Shown: positions 49,661-59,404 of the stretch, piece by piece
How the letters are laid out: each line of letters opens with the position of its first letter
Numbering within the stretch: the first letter of the stretch is position 1
Source: an uncultured Bdellovibrio sp.
Lineage (GTDB): Bacteria > Bdellovibrionota > Bdellovibrionia > Bdellovibrionales > Bdellovibrionaceae
Direction: 5' to 3'
NCBI GenBank assembly: GCA_963932905.1
Contig: CAWVRN010000016.1
Location: forward strand, 1 to 64,000
DNA length: 64,000 bases
Notes under the pieces: model-generated
The model's input: the letters and a program-made list of their open reading frames with translations, nothing else
What the model was told of the DNA's origin: nothing
The model's database searches: none
Position numbers and translations under genes: made by a program

Positions 49661-50072
49661 ACTTGTTTATCAACCTATTCACTTCGTCGGCCAAATCGCC
49701 GAAGAAATCGCCTTTACGCAAATTAACTTGATCCGACTTTTTAAGCTGATTTTGATTCAATTGTTTTAGCGCATTACTGATTTTCAAAACAGGTCCTACA
49801 ATTTGATTCGATTGAAGCACTAGAACTATAAAAACCCCTAAGGACGTAAGAACATAGATAATAAAAAAACTAATATTAAAATAGATACCTAGTGTCGCGG
49901 CAAATTCCTTATGGGCTTCGTTATGCGAATAGTCTTCAACTAAATCAAAAAGTATGTTCCTACCGATCAGGTACAATGCGATCAACCCCATCGAATTCAT
50001 AAGAAGTCCAAGAAGGATAATACGCAGCTGCGATTTAACAGAAACAATCATTATTTTTCGCTTGAATTCCAT
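49650..50072 (-). CDS. Two-TM protein with HAMP-like tail
   Basis: SNQIVGPV...LRKGDFFGDLADEVN. Confidence 0.7.
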   Translation of the reverse strand: MEFKRKIMIVSVKSQLRIILLGLLMNSMGLIALYLIGRNILFDLVEDYSHNEAHKEFAATLGIYFNISFFIIYVLTSLGVFIVLVLQSNQIVGPVLKISNALKQLNQNQLKKSDQVNLRKGDFFGDLADEVNRLINKYGN

Positions 50073-50197
50073 ATAACCAATTTAGACTATACCGACATAA
50101 AAAACGAAACCAAAATAGAAAACGAGACAAATATCGAGTTCCAATTTTATTTATCTTCCAGGAAAACGCTGATAGAGTTTTTTAGCGGGAGATAAGT

Positions 50198-50692
50198 ATG
50201 CTTGGATTATTAATTAGAAGACGGGTTCTCATCGTTTTACCAATCTTGATTTTGATCTACTTTTTTATAGACAAGTCAGTAGACAAAGTACAGCGAATCG
50301 AATCCTCAAAATCCCGTGTTAACCACATGATTGCTCACGACATTAGTTATAAAATTGATCTCTATAATCAAACTCTCATGAAAGAAAAACAATTAGCTAA
50401 AGATAGTTCCGAAATAGCAAAAATTGAGAACGCTCAGCAACGCCTTTATAAATTGAAAACTCAGCTGAAAAGTCACGAGAACGATGCAATCGCCAACGCA
50501 AAAAATGCGCTAGAAAAAGATTTTCCAGAGGTTGGTTTTAAAAATCATTCACCTGAGTTGGATGATAGAATCAGTAAGGTCAATATTTCTTTGAAAGCCA
50601 ATGAGCTTGATTTGCAAAGACATGAAGAACAAACTAAAGGAGCATTTCATAAACTGATTGCTAAACTCTTTGGCTTAACGAAAAACGATTAA
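50198..50692 (+). CDS. Membrane-anchored coiled-coil hypothetical protein
   Basis: GGAG RBS; N-terminal TM. Confidence 0.6.
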   Translation: MLGLLIRRRVLIVLPILILIYFFIDKSVDKVQRIESSKSRVNHMIAHDISYKIDLYNQTLMKEKQLAKDSSEIAKIENAQQRLYKLKTQLKSHENDAIANAKNALEKDFPEVGFKNHSPELDDRISKVNISLKANELDLQRHEEQTKGAFHKLIAKLFGLTKND

Positions 50693-50746
50693 AACAATTG
50701 GCTGAACACTAAGCTTTGGATAAAGCTTTTGTTTTTAGTATGGGAT

Positions 50747-51100
50747 TTATTCAACCAAGATACTGTTCTTTAAAGTTTTATCTAAGAGATGTCTGCTTTT
50801 TTTTAGCGCTTCAATTTCTTTGTCTAGTCTCCGAAGTTCATTCTGAAACAAACTTTTCAAGTCCTGACACATCAAAATCTTGGTCTCTTGCAGAGTACAG
50901 GGCACGATGTATTTTATTTTTTTTAAACCTAGACGAGCCTTCAATAGCCATTGAATTTGCTTGATAGTATTCGCTTGAGACTGACTGTACTCCCGATATC
51001 CGTTAGAATTTCTAAGTGGTACAATAAGACCTAATTTCTCATAATGACGCAAGCTTCGCGCGGAGGCACCACAGTATTTCGCAAATTCGCTGATTTTCAT
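50747..51100 (-). CDS. MerR family regulator
   Basis: MKISEFA..SLRHYEKLGLI.P.RNSNGYREY. Confidence 0.92.
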   Translation of the reverse strand: MKISEFAKYCGASARSLRHYEKLGLIVPLRNSNGYREYSQSQANTIKQIQWLLKARLGLKKIKYIVPCTLQETKILMCQDLKSLFQNELRRLDKEIEALKKSRHLLDKTLKNSILVE

Positions 51101-51112
51101 GCTTCAATTCTA

Positions 51113-51144
51113 TTGACCTTAACATATATGTCAAGGTGTAAGCT
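51113..51144 (+). promoter_or_regulatory. MerR-type promoter with long spacer and dyad
   Basis: TTGACC-20 bp-TAAGCT; dyad ACCTTAACATA/TATGTCAAGGT (51116-51137). Confidence 0.75.
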
Positions 51145-51165
51145 TTTAGTATAAAGGAGATCCAA

Positions 51166-51537
51166 ATGATTCGAGGAAGCTGTTGCTGTGGAAGCATCAA
51201 ATTTGAATTAACCAAACCACCAAGCATAATGGGTACCTGCCATTGTTCCAGATGTAGAAAATCAGGGGCCAGTACCATCGTTTTTATCGAGAGTAATAGT
51301 CTGAGGTGGATTCAGGGGAAAGAAATGGTGGCTACCTACAAACCTGAACTTCCATTTAAATACTCAAGAAATTTCTGCTCCAGTTGCGGAACTTCATTAG
51401 GAGAGATTCTGTCTAAGGAGAAAAGTTTTCCAATTTCGGCCAACTGCTTTGATGATGATCTTCTTGTGAAAAATACTTTCCATGAGCATGTAGATAGCAA
51501 ACCCACATGGTATGAGATTTGTGATAGCAAAAATTAG
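51166..51537 (+). CDS. GFA (CENP-V) family protein
   Basis: GSCCCG, CHCSRCRK, FCSSCGT. Confidence 0.9.
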   Translation: MIRGSCCCGSIKFELTKPPSIMGTCHCSRCRKSGASTIVFIESNSLRWIQGKEMVATYKPELPFKYSRNFCSSCGTSLGEILSKEKSFPISANCFDDDLLVKNTFHEHVDSKPTWYEICDSKN

Positions 51538-51872
51538 AACTTAATGAGATTGACCCGGCGTTCGTTAAGCCAAAACATGGAGGCCAAGACGAAAATAAGT
51601 AATTTATGTCAGCGATTCTATGTCCATAGGGCCCAGACCACGAATTTTATTCCTAATATCTCGTATCAGACCGTAGGTATCAAAAGAGTAACAACATCAA
51701 ATTAATTGAACCGCACCATAGTGATACTTCTCTCTAAAACCTTGGTGTTTGCGTCTCTATACAGGATTTGTAGACCTCTGTCTCAATGCAGCTCTTTAGT
51801 TATCCTCACAAATCGTCGAGGTAACAGCGTTGAAATTATTCAACGTTAATAACTTAACAAAGGAGCACGTAT

Positions 51873-53111
51873 ATGAAAAAGTTTAAGTTAAATATTTTGG
51901 TCTGTATTTCGATAGGTCTGCTTATGGGGCTTAGCGCCTGCGACAAAAAATCAACTAAAGATGAGACTGTCGCTGCGACAACAAATGAATTTTCAAGTTT
52001 AGCGGAGGTCACAGGCCCAGTGACAGGAGTCAGCTCGTCTGGTCTATCCGCAAAATTAACTTCCAATATTGGAATTCTGGCGGCAACGACGGGAGTTAGT
52101 TTATCTAGCCCTGGCACGTTTTCATCAGGAACATCCTTACAGTTATGCGAGAATGCCAACTACACAAAAGAAATTTTAAGGGAAGCCGCGTCTCCGGATA
52201 AGATACTTTGCTATATGAGTAAAATGAAAGCCAATGGTGTTATTCCCAGCACACTCAACCTAAGCGACGGCAATTCTAAGTATATCAAATTAGTAAATTT
52301 ACCAGGCGGCGGTGGCGGCGGAAATAGCAATCCACTGGTTAAATTTCAGATTGTAAAATCAGGTAACGCCATAGCTAGTTTTAAAATGTGGTCCTGCTTT
52401 TCAGGAACAGCCTCTGCACCGGAACAATCCGAATACATTAGTGAACTCTTCAATGAGCTTACTGCGACGGTGACTTCAAAATATAAAGGAAGCGAAAGTG
52501 GTGCTACTTTTGGTTCGAGCATGACCGCCAGCGGAACTTTCGTTGATGGGGCTTGGAGTAGCAAAAACATCAGTGGCTACAGATATTTTTCTCACTCTGG
52601 AAACTCCAATGTTATGACCATTAATATGAATCAATATGCTGATAGAATCGACATGAGTATTGCCATGAAGGGCCGCTATAGTTCTAGCACCTATACAAAT
52701 AAATTTTATTCGGTCATGCAAATTCTAAATGGAGCGTCACTAAGCACCCTGGCTCTAGGTGACGGTAGTTCAAAATACAGTATGTCCTATGATTCTGATT
52801 CCAACGGCAGTGCTGAGTTCTCAGAAGCCAGCACCAAATCATGGAGTGGAGATTCAAAAATGAATCTGTCGACCGCATCTTCGGGAGACTATTATACGGC
52901 AGCCAACGCCGGAACGGTCCCAGCAGACCCTAACTCGGCACAAACGGTTTCCTTTTCCACTGATGAGGCCTGGGATTGCACTTTGCCATCAGGTGAGTCT
53001 TGGACAGAGGCGGACTTTAACGTTGGGGGCTCGGGTATTACAGAAGGAATGCAAGCCTGCGAAAGCAAATATCTAGGCAGCGGTGGCGGTTGGATTAACT
53101 GCCCTTACTAG
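51873..53111 (+). CDS. Ser/Gly-rich lipoprotein
   Basis: LSAC lipobox; AAGGAG RBS. Confidence 0.8.
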   Translation: MKKFKLNILVCISIGLLMGLSACDKKSTKDETVAATTNEFSSLAEVTGPVTGVSSSGLSAKLTSNIGILAATTGVSLSSPGTFSSGTSLQLCENANYTKEILREAASPDKILCYMSKMKANGVIPSTLNLSDGNSKYIKLVNLPGGGGGGNSNPLVKFQIVKSGNAIASFKMWSCFSGTASAPEQSEYISELFNELTATVTSKYKGSESGATFGSSMTASGTFVDGAWSSKNISGYRYFSHSGNSNVMTINMNQYADRIDMSIAMKGRYSSSTYTNKFYSVMQILNGASLSTLALGDGSSKYSMSYDSDSNGSAEFSEASTKSWSGDSKMNLSTASSGDYYTAANAGTVPADPNSAQTVSFSTDEAWDCTLPSGESWTEADFNVGGSGITEGMQACESKYLGSGGGWINCPY

Positions 53112-53149
53112 CATTCTTTATGTAGATTATCGATCTTAGATTTTAATTT

Positions 53150-53177
53150 TGCCCGTCCTAATCGGACGGGCATTTTA
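53150..53177 (+). terminator. Intrinsic terminator
   Basis: TGCCCGTCC-TAATC-GGACGGGCA plus T tract. Confidence 0.8.
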
Positions 53178-53250
53178 TCGAGTTAAAAAAACTTCGCATC
53201 CAAAAATCGGTTGTACACTTAATTGACAGATAGGAAATACAACACGGATT

Positions 53251-53622
53251 TGCCAAAAACGAGTCCTAGTAGAAGCCATTGTTAACTTGCAGCAAATGCT
53301 TCCCACGATTAAAAAAGCTTTCGCATCAGTGACAATTGATAATATCAGGTCCAACGAATTACTTTCAACAGGACACATTTTAGCAACTGACGTTGCGAAC
53401 AATCTGGTCACTGAGGGCATGCCATTCAGAGATGCGTACCGTCTTGTGGCTACAAGAATAGTTGAAGCCAATCAAAAAATGGTCCAGATAGGTAGCGATG
53501 TAATTTCTTTTGAAACAGCGGTAGAGAATCGAAATGATTTTGGTGGCACTTCTAAAAATCGTATTTTAGAATCTATATCAGTTCTTTATCAGCGCCTTAC
53601 TACTTTGAACACCAGTGCCTAA
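53251..53622 (+). pseudogene. argH: Argininosuccinate lyase 3' fragment
   Basis: ATDVANNLV..GMPFRDAY..V and AVENR...GGTS ArgH C-terminal motifs; no 5' part. Confidence 0.75.
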
Positions 53623-53650
53623 GCTAGGCCTTCGCCACTGAACTAAACCA

Positions 53651-54020
53651 CTTCTTCTGGGACCAGAAAGCGTTCATAGTTTTACAAACCTTTGTGAACA
53701 CTAAATTTTTTCGTCCCAGAATCAATTTTTCAAAAATTCTTAAAATTGTCGATGTCCATTAATGGGACCCTTTTGAAAATCGATCAAGAATAGTTCAAGA
53801 CGCCCGAGTATTGCTAAACTTACGCCATAGAAAAATCCGTGTAGCAAAAGTTGTAGTAATCTGTAGCAAGATTTTGAAATGAGCAGAAATATGGGGAAAC
53901 ATTCTGAACCCCGAGTCAAATCGGGGACGTCTTCAAACAAGTATTTTCAACTACTAGAAGCATTTAATAATTTTTGATTTTAATTTCAGGGACTTAATTT
54001 TTCGAAAAACCAAATGGCGG
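53651..54020. repeat. ~370-bp att-like direct repeat, copy 1
   Basis: About 94% identical (manual count) to 57707-58077; TGTAGYAA x3, IHF-like sites, ends AAATGGCGG. Confidence 0.9.
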
Positions 54021-54199
54021 GCACGAGTAGATGAATTTATAACTGAATGTCTGGATTTTGTCGCATAAAAGAATCTGCTGATCATGAGGTCATGGAGCAG
54101 GAGATACTTTCTAACCAACCGCCCTATATCTTAAAGAAAAAGGCATCTATATTTTCGATGCCTTTTTATCAGTTTCAAATCGGATACACTTTAGTTATT

Positions 54200-55207
54200 C
54201 TAATACAAAACAACGCTACAGTTAATCATTTGATCTTCCGTTGAAACATTCGGATATGTCGAAGACTGCCATGAAATATAATAACGAGGCGTCTGATACC
54301 CTGGAATTCTATTCCCCTGATTATCTTTAATAGGTTCCCAAATTTTGTTAAATGAAATAATATCCGCATTTTCAAAACTAGAATTGGTGTATCCTGTTCT
54401 CAAGAATTTTTGACCTATTTTATCTTCCCCACTAACTACCGGAAATGTTTTTGCTTCATTGAAATCAAAGCTCGGATCATTTTCAAAAAAGCCAGAAAAC
54501 GTTGTCTTGCTCATTAAGAAATTCCCACCAAGCACAGTAAATTGCACTTTCCAGGCATTGTTTATATCTTGATAGGCATAGAATTGTACGCCTTTTCCAA
54601 CACAAAATAGCCGATCGTTAGGAAGACCTTCATTTAAATCTGTCCATTTTGTGTTGGTTGAAAAAAGACTAGCGACGACATGCCGAGATCGCTGAGAATT
54701 TGTTGCGCCAAGCATTCGAGCAACTCGGTAGACGGCTTCATGAAGCATCAATGCTGCTTGATCAGTTTTTGCTAATGCATCCCAGATATCCCCATTTATT
54801 AAAATATGTTTATCACTAAAGTAGTTAGCTATTTGTTCTGCTTTACAACCGCTTGGAACGGCTACTATCAAAGCGTCGTTTATCGGCTGCAAAGTCACTC
54901 CTCGAACAATTTGCATATTTTGCGATACACCATATGCATAGGCCTCAACTAAACCTCGTGTCTGAGGCGGCATAACATCAAGAGCTTTTCTGACCTGATC
55001 ATCGACAGAATCGCTCGAATATTGAATTGGTAAATTATAAAGAACCGTCCCCTCATACAGGTCCAAGGTCTTGGCCGATGTGATGGCACCCAACTTGTCT
55101 CTACAGACAACACCCGTTCCCCCGCCTCCACTAATGGCACCACTTGCAGCGTTAGCTTTCGACAAAGCACCCAAAACTAAAATTAAAGATAAAATATATG
55201 TTCTCAC
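54200..55207 (-). CDS. Secreted protein with GGGG..VVC...LDLYE motif and HExxY zincin-like segment
   Basis: GTG start with AAGGGG; signal peptide; QAALMLHEAVY. Confidence 0.7.
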   Translation of the reverse strand: MRTYILSLILVLGALSKANAASGAISGGGGTGVVCRDKLGAITSAKTLDLYEGTVLYNLPIQYSSDSVDDQVRKALDVMPPQTRGLVEAYAYGVSQNMQIVRGVTLQPINDALIVAVPSGCKAEQIANYFSDKHILINGDIWDALAKTDQAALMLHEAVYRVARMLGATNSQRSRHVVASLFSTNTKWTDLNEGLPNDRLFCVGKGVQFYAYQDINNAWKVQFTVLGGNFLMSKTTFSGFFENDPSFDFNEAKTFPVVSGEDKIGQKFLRTGYTNSSFENADIISFNKIWEPIKDNQGNRIPGYQTPRYYISWQSSTYPNVSTEDQMINCSVVLY

Positions 55208-55368
55208 TAGTTTCCCCTTTTTAAATTTACAGAGCACTCATTGCTTCTGACAACTTCAGTTTCGAGCTTAATAAAAAAAAGAATAGATTTAATTTATAAA
55301 ATTACTATAATTAAAGTTAGTAATTTTTAAATTTAATTTTAAGTTAACTAAAAGTTTCGAGAGGTTAT

Positions 55369-56187
55369 GTGATTTTTAATTTTACAGATTATCGCTTGTT
55401 TCTTCTTGATTACTTCGGGGACAAAAGTAGAAGAAAAGGATTAAAGTCCAGTGCCGCGAAGTTCTTAGGCTGTCATACAACTCTGATTTCACAAGTTCTA
55501 CATGGTCAACTTATACTGAATCTTGAGCAGGCAGATAGGTTGAATCAATTTATAGGACACAACGAAGACGAGTCCCATTACTTTATGTTGTTAGTGCAGA
55601 AAGCGAGGGCAGGAACTAAATCCTTAGAAAAATATTTTAGCGAACAAATTGATCAAATTTTAAAATTGCGAAAAGTTTTGAAAAAAAGAGTGGGAAAAGT
55701 TGATTCAATAGCTACTGAAGATGAATTACGTTACTACAGCGCCTGGCAATTTTCTGCCATTCATGTATGCCTTTCAATTCCAGAGTATAATAATCCAGAG
55801 ACAATATCAAAAGCACTCAATATCCCTTTAGCTAACGTACGTGCAATGTTGGAGTTTTTGGTGAGGATCGGTCTTGCTAACGTAAAGGATAGAGTTTATT
55901 CAATTAGTTCAAAACATATCCATTTGGGGACTGACTCGCCTCAAATTAGAAACCATCACACAAATTGGCGCGTAAAATCCATACAGTCGTTAGATCAAAA
56001 CTTAAAAAACAATCTTCACTATTCTTCCGCAGTGACGTTATCACGGGAAGACGTCGACACCATCAAAGAACTTCTCATTCAAAACCTGAAATCAATTAAT
56101 AAGGTTATTCAAGTATCTAAAGAGGAAGAAATCTATTGCTTAAATTTCGATTTTTTTAATCTTGCAGCTCCATCTGAAAAACAGTGA
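55369..56187 (+). CDS. TIGR02147/DUF4423-like HTH protein
   Basis: IF.FTDYR.FL, ISQVL.G HTH, YYS.W, IRNHH, EEIY.LN.DFF. Confidence 0.8.
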   Translation: MIFNFTDYRLFLLDYFGDKSRRKGLKSSAAKFLGCHTTLISQVLHGQLILNLEQADRLNQFIGHNEDESHYFMLLVQKARAGTKSLEKYFSEQIDQILKLRKVLKKRVGKVDSIATEDELRYYSAWQFSAIHVCLSIPEYNNPETISKALNIPLANVRAMLEFLVRIGLANVKDRVYSISSKHIHLGTDSPQIRNHHTNWRVKSIQSLDQNLKNNLHYSSAVTLSREDVDTIKELLIQNLKSINKVIQVSKEEEIYCLNFDFFNLAAPSEKQ

Positions 56188-56256
56188 GCACTTATCCGAG
56201 TTCTAAGCGTCTCGCTTTCCCGTTTTGCAAGTAGCTGTTTTGATTGAAGAAAAACT

Positions 56257-56361
56257 TGGCGGAGAGGGAGAATTCACTTTATCAAGTTTTTAACTCGTTG
56301 AAAGTCTTCAGCATTTCTTACCCGCATAACTAAATAACTAATCTGTAGTAAGTTGTAGCGA
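56257..56361. other. att-like half-site: tRNA 3'-end remnant, IHF site and arm repeats
   Basis: Reverse complement GAATTCTCCCTCTCCGCCA (tRNA-Ser-like end); TATCAAGTTTTTA matches WATCAANNNNTTR; TGTAGTAA and TGTAGCGA. Confidence 0.6.
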
Positions 56362-56922
56362 GAAACTGTTTATTGGGGTGATGGCAAAGTCTGCGCGCCT
56401 GTTTCATAGCTATTGCTGAATGTTGTAAGCGCACTGATAACGACATACTCAGTCGGGTTGTCGTCCCTGGAGTTTGGACAACGCAAGTTGTTGAATACAT
56501 CGAAAAATTTGAAACTGCGATCTGGTCAATAAAGCTACGGCGTCCCCAGCAAGTCCCACGGTAAATCCCTAGAATGTCCCCTGTGTTTCCCCGCGATTTC
56601 TGAGGCTCGGGCGGCACCCTTCCTGACCGCTAGGTCACAACTCTGTTTTTCGCCTCATTTAAGGGGACCACCTATTTTCTAAAGGTCACTGTAGGGCTGC
56701 GCTCATTGCAAGGGGCGGCGTCTTCAACGCTGTATTAAAAGGTTTATGGTTTTCTGAAGGGCTGGATGAAAAATAGCATTGGCTTGTTGAGCATTGTGTT
56801 TCAACTTGTGTCGTCAAATATTTAAACGGCTTCTGCTAATTTTTGTCTAACGGTGGAGATATTCTATTGTGGAGGCCGTTAGTTTAATTTGGGCGGGTAT
56901 TTAAACTGCACTAAAATTTCTT

Positions 56923-57621
56923 ATGAAGCGGCTTACTATTGAATTTTTATTTGTTTTTCTTTGGGCAGTAACAGGAGCCGCTATTGAAGGTAATGTCTGC
57001 AGGAAATTCTATGAAAATTCAAATAAAGTAACGGAAACTAATGGATTCAAGATATTTACCTCGAGATTTGAACTTCGTCCCTTAGATAAAGATGATTTTG
57101 CGGCTGCGACTAAATTAATATTTGACCCTTCCGTCGGTGATATGAGCGGGGATTTTCAAATATATAAAAAATTTAATATAGGTCGTCTAAACTACGCTAA
57201 ATATATGGCTCGAATTGAGTTTTATGCGAGAAGTAGACTAACTTTTCAAGGTCTTAAACAAAAAAGCACTGGAAAAAATATAAATTTATCTTTTGGAATT
57301 TTTGAGAAGGGCAAACTTATAGGAATGTGTGGTCTTTTTAGTGGTGCACAGGGCGCTTCTACGCTCGAAATTGAAAATAAAAAAATATTTTCAATTTCAT
57401 ATCATTTATTTCCTCACGTTTGGGGAAAAGGCATCGCATCTGAGGTTGGTTTAAGGCTAATTGATTATGCTTTTAGAAATATGGATGCTGATTTAGTACA
57501 TGGTCAGGCGTTAAAATCGAACATTGGGTCAAATAGAGTTCTTGAAAAGATTGGTTTGGTACCATTTTCCCAAAATGACCCACTTTACAACCATTTTATC
57601 ATAGAGCGACCTTTTCAGTAG
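56923..57621 (+). CDS. Secreted (CxxFY) RimJ/RimL-type GNAT acetyltransferase
   Basis: Signal, NVCRKFY; TSRFELRP, WGKGIASE, NIGSNRVLEKIG. Confidence 0.8.
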   Translation: MKRLTIEFLFVFLWAVTGAAIEGNVCRKFYENSNKVTETNGFKIFTSRFELRPLDKDDFAAATKLIFDPSVGDMSGDFQIYKKFNIGRLNYAKYMARIEFYARSRLTFQGLKQKSTGKNINLSFGIFEKGKLIGMCGLFSGAQGASTLEIENKKIFSISYHLFPHVWGKGIASEVGLRLIDYAFRNMDADLVHGQALKSNIGSNRVLEKIGLVPFSQNDPLYNHFIIERPFQ

Positions 57622-57706
57622 AAAACAAAAGTCTTATTAGGTTGTTTTATTATCCCCCTGCTCAATTTTTTTGAGCCTTTTCGGCTATTGACCTAATTCA
57701 AAACCC

Positions 57707-58077
57707 CTTCTTCTGGGACCAAAAAGCGTTCATAGTTTTACAAACCTTTGTGAACACTAAATTTTTTCGTCCCAGAATCAATTTTCCAAAAATTCTTAAA
57801 ATTTTAGATGTCCATTAACGGGGACGCTTTTGAAAATCGAACAAGAATAGTTCAAGACGACCGAGTATTGCTAAATTTACGCCATAGAAAAATCCGTGTA
57901 GCAAAAGTTGTAGTAGTCTGTAGCAAGATTTTGAAATGAGCAGAAATACCCGGAAACATTCTGAACCCCGGGTCAAACCGGGGACGTCTTCAAACAAGTA
58001 TTTTCAACTACTTGAAGCATTTAATAGTTTTTGATTTTAATTTCAGGGACTTAATTTTTTGAAAAAATAAATGGCGG
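57707..58077. repeat. ~370-bp att-like direct repeat, copy 2
   Basis: Matches copy 1; abuts the integrase 3' region. Confidence 0.9.
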
Positions 58078-58157
58078 ATTCGTCGCAAAATGACTTGTTT
58101 CAACTACTTAACGAATCCGCCATGCTATTATAGCACAAACTTCTTTCTTCATTACTT

Positions 58158-59378
58158 CTAGCGCGAGCCGAACATACTGACCACATTCGCAGGGAGTTCC
58201 ATCGGGCGCTCAATCGCTTTCGCTTTAAAGCTAAGCTTCTCTGTCGCTCCCGCTTCCTCGATACCAGCCATGCGGATGTAAATCTGCATCGTCTCAAGAT
58301 CCTGCCAGCCACCGATCTTCATGACCGTTGTCGCAGGAACCCCGGCTTGAATTAAGTGCGTCGCAAAACAAGCTCTGAGCGTGTGGAACTTAATAGATTT
58401 AAGTCCCTCGTTCACACAGAAGGCTCGAAGAACCTTCGCTTGCATGCCTCGTCTCAACTCATGGAAGTCCTGAAACACAAGAGTCCCTTGCTCGTCCTTG
58501 CCCCAACTCATTGACGGCAAATAACTTTGTAGGAACCAGTAAAGTTCACTAGAAACAGGAACCGTGCGCCAGTAACCGGCCTTCGTTTCCCCAAATTTCT
58601 TTGTGCTCTGGCTCCATGCACGGTGAACTCTAATAAGTCCGTAACTCTTTTTTGAATCATCAGACTTATCGAGAGCCAAGGCTATTTCCCTAGAAACAAG
58701 GTCGATGTCTTCTAACCGAAGGCCTCGCAGTTCTCCTGCGCGCATTCCAGTATAAAGACCAACCTTCCATATAGGGTGCCAAGGGTGCTCTTTTTGTTCC
58801 GACCGTTCTAGCAGCAGAATAACTTCATCCCTCGTCAAGATCTCGGGGATGGTGCAAGCTGGCTTTCGCTCAAGCTCCACCGCGTGAACAGGGCTCTTGT
58901 CTTTCCCGACAATGTGCCCGTGTTCCATGCCCCATGTGTAAATCACATTGATTGCGATCTTGATCTGATATTGAAGAAGGATACTTGCTTCTTCTGCTTT
59001 TGCTAAAGTGAAGATCTCTGCGCCATCAGCAAACCCAAGCTTCGATGCGGGCTTCTTCAGCCAAGACTTTGTCCAGTTATTGGCTCTCGCCACATAATCT
59101 CGAACCGTCGCAGGCTTGAGCTTCCGTGAAGGGAAGAGTGTGTAGTAGCGTTCCCACTTGTCCACAACTTCACCCCAGGTCGCGCCCTCGTTTTCACGTC
59201 TCGCAACTTTGATGCAAGCTTGCTGATATTCGCGCTTATAGATTTTTTCCGCTTCCTCTTTAGAGGCAAGATCAATCTCTCGTTTCTGTTCGCGAATCTT
59301 GCGATTCTTGCTCGAAACGACATTGACGTATGCTTGCCACAATATTTTTCCATCTTCTTCGTAACTGGTTACACCCAT
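58158..59378 (-). CDS. Tyrosine recombinase/integrase
   Basis: [29 protein letters not shown]. Confidence 0.93.
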   Translation of the reverse strand: MGVTSYEEDGKILWQAYVNVVSSKNRKIREQKREIDLASKEEAEKIYKREYQQACIKVARRENEGATWGEVVDKWERYYTLFPSRKLKPATVRDYVARANNWTKSWLKKPASKLGFADGAEIFTLAKAEEASILLQYQIKIAINVIYTWGMEHGHIVGKDKSPVHAVELERKPACTIPEILTRDEVILLLERSEQKEHPWHPIWKVGLYTGMRAGELRGLRLEDIDLVSREIALALDKSDDSKKSYGLIRVHRAWSQSTKKFGETKAGYWRTVPVSSELYWFLQSYLPSMSWGKDEQGTLVFQDFHELRRGMQAKVLRAFCVNEGLKSIKFHTLRACFATHLIQAGVPATTVMKIGGWQDLETMQIYIRMAGIEEAGATEKLSFKAKAIERPMELPANVVSMFGSR

Positions 59379-59404
59379 CTTAATTCTCCTTTATTTCTAT
59401 TTTT

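Noticed and set aside
53740..53940. MFEDVP... ORFs in both repeat copies (also 57815-57997)
   Set aside because: TTG starts, different stops and mostly amino-acid-changing differences; better explained as non-coding repeat
56257..56275. tRNA gene
   Set aside because: Only a 19-nt 3'-end-like piece; no cloverleaf can be built
56385..56563. Degenerate integrase remnant (LRACF in a + frame)
   Set aside because: Five-residue match only; plausible by chance and no other catalytic motifs
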